64,000 nucleotides of DNA from an uncultured Acidimicrobiaceae bacterium (GTDB lineage Bacteria > Actinomycetota > Acidimicrobiia > Acidimicrobiales > RAAP-2): assembly GCA_963828455.1 (NCBI GenBank), contig CAWHFH010000027.1, positions 1,896-65,895 on the forward strand. The letters are read 5' to 3'. Made by a program: the position numbers and the translations under genes. Each line of letters starts with the position of its first letter. Position 1 is the first letter of the stretch. Under the pieces are notes generated by a model, which was given only the letters and a program-made list of their open reading frames with translations, did not search any database and was not told the origin of the DNA. Below, piece after piece: positions 56,888 to 62,722 of the stretch.

Positions 56888-58132
56888 GTGCACGTGACAG
56901 GACGCGTGAAGCAGACGACCATGGTCTTGGCGGCGGGGTTCCTTGCCGTCGCAGGTGTCCTGAGCGTTGCCGTGATGCCGGCCGCTCGGGCAAGCGCCGC
57001 CGGCGCAGCGAGCACGGTCACCATCGCCGATCTGTGCAGCTGCACGGGTCCGGAGGCATCGTCGATCAGCCAGACCTCCGCCACGATGCAGTCGTGGGCG
57101 TCCTGGGTCAACAGCCACGGCGGTCTTGCGGGGCACCAGGTGCATCTCGTGGTCCTCGACGACGGTTACAGCGCGGCCAAGGCCCTGGCCAATGCCCAGA
57201 CTGCGATCAATCAGGACCACGCGGTCGCCATTTTCGACAACAGCGACGAGGACCCGTCGTTCGCTTCGGTGGTCAAGACGGCGAACGTGCCGGTGCTTGG
57301 CGGGCAGGAGACCGAATCGGGCTGGCAGAACTCTGACTTCTTCCCGGCCGGGGCAACGTTCAACTACACAAACGCGGTGGGCACCATCATCGCCAAGGAC
57401 GCCGGGGTGAAGAAGTTCGCCGCGCTGTATTGCGTGGAGGTGAACATCTGTGCACAGTCGGTCCAGCAAGGCGAGCAGATCGCGTCGCATTATGGCATCA
57501 AGTACGTCTACACAGCGGGCATCGGGTTCGCGGCCCCCAACTACACGGCCCAGTGCCTGGCGGCCAAGCAGTCTGGCGCCACTGCGATGACCGTCGGCGA
57601 CGCCTCCCAGATCGTCGAGCACGTCGTGCAGGACTGCGCGGCGCAGGATTACTCACCGCGCCAGCTCTCGAGCGACGGGACGGTCGCCAGCGCCTGGCTG
57701 AAGATCCCCGCCTTTAACGGGAACATCGACTCCCAGTCGGACTTCCTATGGTTCGTCCACAACTCGGCCACCGCTACGATGTACAAGGCGCTCGACAAGT
57801 ACGCGCCGCAAGTGCCGAGCGGGCCGAACTTCGGTGAGATCGTGCTTCAATCCTGGTCCGACGGCGCCCTTCTGCAGGCCGCCATCGAAGCTGCCAAGAC
57901 CACTTCTAGCACGCCCATCACCTCGGCTCTCATCCTCAAGGGCATCTATGGGTTGCCTTCGGGCGAGACCCTCGGCGGGCTCTCGCCGCCCCTGCACTTC
58001 GTCAAGGGCCAGCCGGCCAACAACAGCTGCTTCTTCGAGATGGGCATCAAGGACGCCAAGTTCGTGGTTCTGCACGGCGGCACCACACTGTGTGCTCCAC
58101 TGGTCAAGCCAGGGACAGTGCCAACCTCCTGA
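56888..58132 (+). CDS. ABC substrate-binding protein (Leu/Ile/Val-type PBP1), secreted
   Basis: Signal peptide MVLAAGFLAVAGVLSVAVMPAARASA. Divergent from the livHMGF-type operon. AGGGGGA lies upstream of GTG 56888. Confidence 0.8.
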   Translation: MHVTGRVKQTTMVLAAGFLAVAGVLSVAVMPAARASAAGAASTVTIADLCSCTGPEASSISQTSATMQSWASWVNSHGGLAGHQVHLVVLDDGYSAAKALANAQTAINQDHAVAIFDNSDEDPSFASVVKTANVPVLGGQETESGWQNSDFFPAGATFNYTNAVGTIIAKDAGVKKFAALYCVEVNICAQSVQQGEQIASHYGIKYVYTAGIGFAAPNYTAQCLAAKQSGATAMTVGDASQIVEHVVQDCAAQDYSPRQLSSDGTVASAWLKIPAFNGNIDSQSDFLWFVHNSATATMYKALDKYAPQVPSGPNFGEIVLQSWSDGALLQAAIEAAKTTSSTPITSALILKGIYGLPSGETLGGLSPPLHFVKGQPANNSCFFEMGIKDAKFVVLHGGTTLCAPLVKPGTVPTS

Positions 58133-58185
58133 TCGCATCCATCCGTCTCTCCCGCCCACGAACCCGACGATGTTCGCGTGAGGCT

Positions 58186-58248
58186 GAGAACCCGCGTTTC
58201 AGTCGCGGCCGATTTCTGTCATTGCTGTGGGACGCGTGTGCACGAACG
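58186..58248 (-). repeat. Short degenerate copy of the tRNA-fragment repeat (internal part missing)
   Basis: gagaacccgcgtttcag .. gcgtgtgcacgaacg resembles both ends of the longer copies (gaacccgcgttctca .. gcgtgttgcacgaaac). Confidence 0.35.
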
Positions 58249-58327
58249 CCCATTTGCAAGGGTTCTGCAGCGAGTCGAGAGCGAATTCTTCCGACGAGAA
58301 GATCTCGTGACCTGCGAGGTCTGCCGA

Positions 58328-58486
58328 GAGCGGGCGACGGGAATCGAACCCGCATTCTCAGCTTGGGAAGCTGACGGGGGAAGGTTGCGCCACCTGCCGA
58401 CAAGGAATGCTCAGCTGAAAGGCCATTCGCACTTAACTGTTGCTGTCCCTGTTGCGCCCCTTCTGTCGCTGCTTGGGGCACGAAAT
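58328..58486 (-). repeat. tRNA-Gly(CCC)-3'-fragment repeat, copy 3 (best-preserved tRNA part)
   Basis: Minus strand: TCAGC-TTCCCAA-GCTGA / GAAT / GCGGG-TTCGATT-CCCGT / CGCCCGC-T. The preceding 27 nt cannot form an acceptor 5' strand or a D arm. Confidence 0.8.
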
Positions 58487-58535
58487 AGCGCCAATTCGGC
58501 AAGGGCACACTGGGGCACGCCTGTCCGGATAGACC

Positions 58536-58740
58536 TCAGCCCTTGACGGCGAAGAGTGTCCAGCTGCCCGGCACGCCCTTGAGCTCGTGCTCACCTCGAT
58601 CCTCGAATTCGATGCCGGATCCGGCGACAAGATCTGTCACGGTGCGTGAGACGAGTACCTCGTCGGGCCGAGCAAGGGAGGAAACCCTGCTGCCGATGTG
58701 CACCGCGATCCCCGTGATGTCGTTCTCCATCGTTTCGACT
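58536..58740 (-). pseudogene. C-terminal fragment of a class III adenylate/guanylate cyclase-domain gene
   Basis: [61 protein letters not shown]. No upstream catalytic part is present. The reading frame runs straight into the truncated repeat copy. Confidence 0.6.
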
Positions 58741-58746
58741 TCACCG

Positions 58747-58904
58747 ATCGAACCCGCGTTCTCAGCTTGGGAAGCCCATCGGTGGTGACCTCGCGATCTG
58801 CGGTTTCGCATAAAGACCCAGCTGGAGCACTATCCGCACCTATTCGGTGATATTCGCTGTTGCCCCCTTTTTGCTCTCGCGGGTGGCACGAAATGACCTC
58901 AATG
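58747..58904 (-). repeat. tRNA-Gly(CCC)-3'-fragment repeat, copy 4 (acceptor end truncated)
   Basis: Plus strand: atcgaacccgcgttctcagcttgggaagc ... attcgctgttgcccccttttt..gggtggcacgaaat. The acceptor-strand bases are replaced by the cyclase fragment. Confidence 0.7.
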
Positions 58905-58967
58905 TGGGAAGTGGCACGGAGACCGTCACCGTTCTCAGCCACCAGGGCAGAGACCGCGGCTAGCGGG

Positions 58968-60325
58968 TCAAAGATTCGCCGGGGTCCAACTACGCCCCCC
59001 GTCGGAGGTAGTCGTTAGGACCGGATAGCAGTTGTAATCCGGCTGATCCGCGACCGCCTTGCTGAAACAGACAGGATTCTGTTCGATCGCCAAGCCGAAG
59101 CTCGGCGATGCGAAAGTGACACCCTCGACGTCGCCTACACCGACAGCGGGGGTCGGTTTGAAGGATTGCCAGGTCTGCCCGGCATCCGTCGTCTCGTACA
59201 GCCTCGAACCGACGTCGATCCTCCACTGCAGAGGACCCATGGCCGCGAAGCGAGTTGCCACACTCCCTGGTTGGAACTGGGAACCTTCGAATACCGGGAT
59301 GGGATAACCGGTCCAAGTCGCCCCGCCGTCATTGGTGACGTAGATCACGGGATCCTTGTCGTAGTCGGTGCCTTTCGTCGCCAAGGTCACGGCATCTTGG
59401 GTACCGAAGAATGCCGGCAGTGTGTACTGGAGGCCGATTGGAAGGGCGGCAACCGCCGACCAGGAGCGACCACCGTCCGTGGTGCGATAGATGGCTCCAC
59501 CGGGAACCTGCTGCTGCTGGTTGTACGTGGGATAGGTTCCGGGAACGGCCCATCCGTCGAGATTGCTGGTGAAGACCAGCTGCGATCCTTCGAGAGGCCC
59601 GCCGACTGCGACGCCTCCGAGGCTGGGCAAGGTGGCGATCTGGGCCCAGCTCTCTCCGCCGTCATGGGTCGAAAAGAGGGGAGAGCCTTGGCCTTGGAGC
59701 CCACTGGCGACGGCGAAGCCATTCTGCGCGTCCACCATGCTCAGCGAGAGTGGCCCGCAGTTTTGCAAACAACCCGGTGGAGCGACGAAGGACCAACTCC
59801 GTCCGCCATCGGTGGAACGTTCGATACCCTCACCCCTGCTCGAACCATTGTTGGGCTGCGATACGAGTCCTGGCACGTCATAGATCGCGACCCACAGATT
59901 GTTGGTTCCGATGGCGTCTACGGCGGTGATGTCAATGGAAACCGTGACGCCGTGCAGCGTGGGTGGCGTGACTGTTTGCCAGCTCCGACCCCCGTCAGAG
60001 GTGACCTCCAATGAGTCGCCGGTCGTGGCCCAGTCAAGGCCGCCGTCAGCCACGCCAATCGTCTGTGCGGGTGGGTAGACGGGCAGTGAAGTAGCCGCCC
60101 GCGTGTCCTGCTTGGGTTGGGCTATGGGTGGTGGGGGTTGCTGATGGCGTGTGGGAGCGTTTCTCGGTCCGCTCGAGCCCCGACCGGTAACAAGCACGGA
60201 TCCGATGACGATGGCTACGACCAAGACAACACCAGCAGAAGCTGTGGCCCGTCGACGTCGTCTCGTCGGCGAGCCTCTCTGAAGAGTGCCTCAGCCTCCT
60301 TGGGTGGCACAGCTTCGAGGCCCAT
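58968..60325 (-). CDS. Membrane-anchored Asp-box (BNR) repeat beta-propeller protein; N-terminus frameshifted about 60251-60270
   Basis: Seven S/T-x-D-G-G-x-S/T-W boxes (TSDGGRSW, STDGGRSW, THDGGESW, TTDGGRSW, TNDGGATW, TTDAGQTW, TSDGGRSW). The ORF-track start falls inside the TM helix. ATG 60325 (MGLEAVPPKEAEALFREARRR) is one frame off. The span is 3n+2. Confidence 0.75.
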
Positions 60326-60360
60326 TTCATGGACCTCGGGTTCGAGTAATGGCACCTTGG

Positions 60361-60720
60361 TCATGGCAGCGTTGTGATCATGTCGATCACGTCTTCGCGC
60401 CGGTAGCCGTGTGAGCGGGCGAAGTCGACGAGTTCGTGGACACGACTGAGCACCGCGCCCCGTTGGGGTGTGCCCGACACCGTGATGCCCCGCCCGCGGG
60501 TGAACTCGAGCAGCCCCTCGTCACGAAGGTTGTGCAGAGCGCGGAAGACGGTGTTCTTGTTGACCCCGAGGACGGCGGCGATGTCCTTGGCCAAGGGCAG
60601 CCGGTCGCCCGGGCCCGCTTCGCCCTCGGCGATGGCCCTTCGGATCTCAGCGGCCACCTGGTCGTGCAGGGGGACTGGTTCATCCCGGTCGATGTTGACA
60701 GTCAACATGGTCCTAGTCAT
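60361..60720 (-). CDS. GntR-family transcriptional regulator (short, YtrA-like)
   Basis: PLHDQVAAEIRRAIAEGEAGPGDRLPLAKDIAAVLGVNKNTVFRALHNLRDEGLLEFTRGRGITV. Confidence 0.9.
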   Translation of the reverse strand: MTRTMLTVNIDRDEPVPLHDQVAAEIRRAIAEGEAGPGDRLPLAKDIAAVLGVNKNTVFRALHNLRDEGLLEFTRGRGITVSGTPQRGAVLSRVHELVDFARSHGYRREDVIDMITTLP

Positions 60721-60749
60721 AGTAGTTCTGTGAAGCGATTGGAAGGCCC

Positions 60750-61475
60750 ATGACGCTGACCGATCGGAACCGCCGAGTGGCCGACCCCATGCCTCCCGCG
60801 ACGGACGTCCTTTTCAAAGAGGCGAGGCAACGACGTCGCCGGCGGCGTGTCGGAATGGCCGGCGTTTCCGCCGTCGTCGTGGCCGCTGCGGTCGCGTTGG
60901 GGGTCGTTCTCCCATCGTCTAGTCACGGTCGCTCTGCCAGGAGGACAGCCACAACGACATCTCGCTCGCATTCGGCCACGTCGGGTCCACCAAGGTGCTC
61001 GGTTGGCCAACTTGCGGCGACGGCGGTGTTCATCGGGCCAAACTTCGAACTGGGTGCAATCAAGATCTCGAATACATCGGCGCACGCCTGCTCCCTTTCC
61101 GGTAGACCCCAAGTGGAGGATCTCAACGTGACAGGCACCAACGGGACTGACAGCACGCTCAATACAATCGAACTCCCATATGCCAGAGCGGGATTACCGC
61201 TACCGCCGAAGAGTCCGGTGGAGCTCTCGGCCGGAGGAGCATCTCCACAGGCCATCGTCGAGCTGGATTGGCTTTGGTGCGGTGCGCCACCCGGCTCAAT
61301 CAGTTTCGAGGTCTACTTCCCGAAATGGTCGCTGCCGCTCACGGTCCCGGCCCAAGCGGTGTCGCCCGCAGGGTTCCGGCCGGCAGTCCCGTCTGGGTGT
61401 CCAGCGACCGCATTGTTCGCAGTTGACGTGGTCCGGGGGTTGAACTCGAACGGCCTCGTTTCTTCCACACCTTGA
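60750..61475 (+). CDS. Membrane-anchored DUF4232-like protein
   Basis: N-terminus LFKEARQRRRRRR plus a TM helix. Then CSVGQLAATAVFIGPNFELGAIKISNTSAHACSLSGRPQV, which fits the DUF4232 pattern (C..L...G......N.s...C.L.G.P). Confidence 0.55.
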   Translation: MTLTDRNRRVADPMPPATDVLFKEARQRRRRRRVGMAGVSAVVVAAAVALGVVLPSSSHGRSARRTATTTSRSHSATSGPPRCSVGQLAATAVFIGPNFELGAIKISNTSAHACSLSGRPQVEDLNVTGTNGTDSTLNTIELPYARAGLPLPPKSPVELSAGGASPQAIVELDWLWCGAPPGSISFEVYFPKWSLPLTVPAQAVSPAGFRPAVPSGCPATALFAVDVVRGLNSNGLVSSTP

Positions 61476-61615
61476 ATCTCCGACGAGTAGGAGAACACCG
61501 GGCTGTTCAGCTCTCTCCGACGCCCGTCCCAATGTGGTGACCGGTCCGGCTGTCTCGCGTGCCTCTGTCTGCGAGGGGGCTCTGGTCTGGGACAATGGGG
61601 GTGGAGGTGATCAGC

Positions 61616-62722
61616 ATGGAGGCTGCGGCGGTCGCCGAAGCCCTGTCGGTATCGGTACAGGCGGGAGTCCCCGTGCTGCTCTGGGGGAGCCCCGGGACCG
61701 GAAAGACATCCGTCGTGCGCGCCCTCGGCGAGAGCCTGGGCTGGCCCACCGAGGTCGTGATCGGCTCGATCCGCGAACCGGCTGACTTCGCCGGGCTGCC
61801 TGTCGTCATCGACGGGGCGGTCCAGATGGCCCCGCCACTATGGGCTCGACGTCTAGCAGCTGCGGAACACGGCCTCCTCTTTCTCGACGAACTGACCACA
61901 GCGCCACCGGCCGTACAGGCCGCCATGTTGCGTGTAGTGCTCGAACGTGTGGTCGGCGACCTGACCTTGCCCGACGGTGTCCGGGTGGTGGCGGCCGCCA
62001 ATCCGCCGGAGGAGGCAGCAGATGGGTGGCAGCTTTCCCCGCCTTTGGCCAACCGCCTTGTGCACCTTGACTGGCCGGTGGATGCCAAGTCAGTGTCACG
62101 CGGGCATCGCGCTGAGGGTTTCCTCGTCCAATCTCCTTCGACGGGCAGATGCCAACCGATACGCAAACGGTGGGAGCTCGCGTGGCGGTCGGAGCGTTCC
62201 TCGAAGTGCGGCCAGCCCTGGCGCTCGACGTGCCGGCCGTTGCCGAACAAGCTGGCCGTGGCTGGCCGAGCCCCAGGAGCTGGGAGGCCGTGGCGCGTCT
62301 GTTGGCGGCGTGCGATGCCGTGGGTGCCTCCGAAGATGCTCGGACGCTCCTCGTGTTGGGCGCGGTCGGCGACGGCGCAGGCATCGAGTTCCTCTCGTGG
62401 TTCGCCAACATGGATCTTCCCGACCCCGAAGTCGTGCTCGCCGACCCCGACGGCTTCGAGCTCCCCGAGCGCAGTGACCGCGGCCTTCGCGGTGCTGAGC
62501 GCAGTCGCCGCGGTGGCCATCAGCCGGGGGGACCGCGAATCGTGGACGGCGGCATGGAGGGTGGTCGAGCGGGTGGCGGACCAGGCGCCCGACGTGGCCG
62601 CGCTGGCCGCGCGGAGCTTGGCCAACGCCCGCCCGGAGGGAGCCGCGTTGCCCAGCGGCCTGCTCAAGATGGCCCCCGTGTTGCGGGCAGCCGGGCTGAT
62701 CCGAACCGATGGTGAGTCGTGA
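61616..62722 (+). CDS. MoxR-like AAA+ ATPase (AAA_5 type) with two compensating frameshifts (about 62116-62150 and 62476-62485)
   Basis: GGAGGTGA lies 5 nt upstream of ATG 61616. Walker A GSPGTGKTS, Walker B LLFLDELT, VVAAANP. The middle segment (..VGAFLEVRPALALDVP..GWPSPRSWEAVARLLAA..DLPDPEVVLADPDGFELPERSDR) is in ORF 62149..62715's frame. Confidence 0.8.
   Translation: MEAAAVAEALSVSVQAGVPVLLWGSPGTGKTSVVRALGESLGWPTEVVIGSIREPADFAGLPVVIDGAVQMAPPLWARRLAAAEHGLLFLDELTTAPPAVQAAMLRVVLERVVGDLTLPDGVRVVAAANPPEEAADGWQLSPPLANRLVHLDWPVDAKSVSRGHRAEGFLVQSPSTGRCQPIRKRWELAWRSERSSKCGQPWRSTCRPLPNKLAVAGRAPGAGRPWRVCWRRAMPWVPPKMLGRSSCWARSATAQASSSSRGSPTWIFPTPKSCSPTPTASSSPSAVTAAFAVLSAVAAVAISRGDRESWTAAWRVVERVADQAPDVAALAARSLANARPEGAALPSGLLKMAPVLRAAGLIRTDGES

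Noticed and set aside
58328-58374. Functional tRNA-Gly(CCC) gene on the minus strand (also at 52561-52603)
   Set aside because: Only the anticodon arm, T arm and 3' acceptor strand are present. The 27 nt upstream (GTCGGCAGGTGGCGCAACCTTCCCCCG) cannot pair with CGCCCGC or form a D arm. I treat these as tRNA fragments, pending a tRNAscan-SE run.
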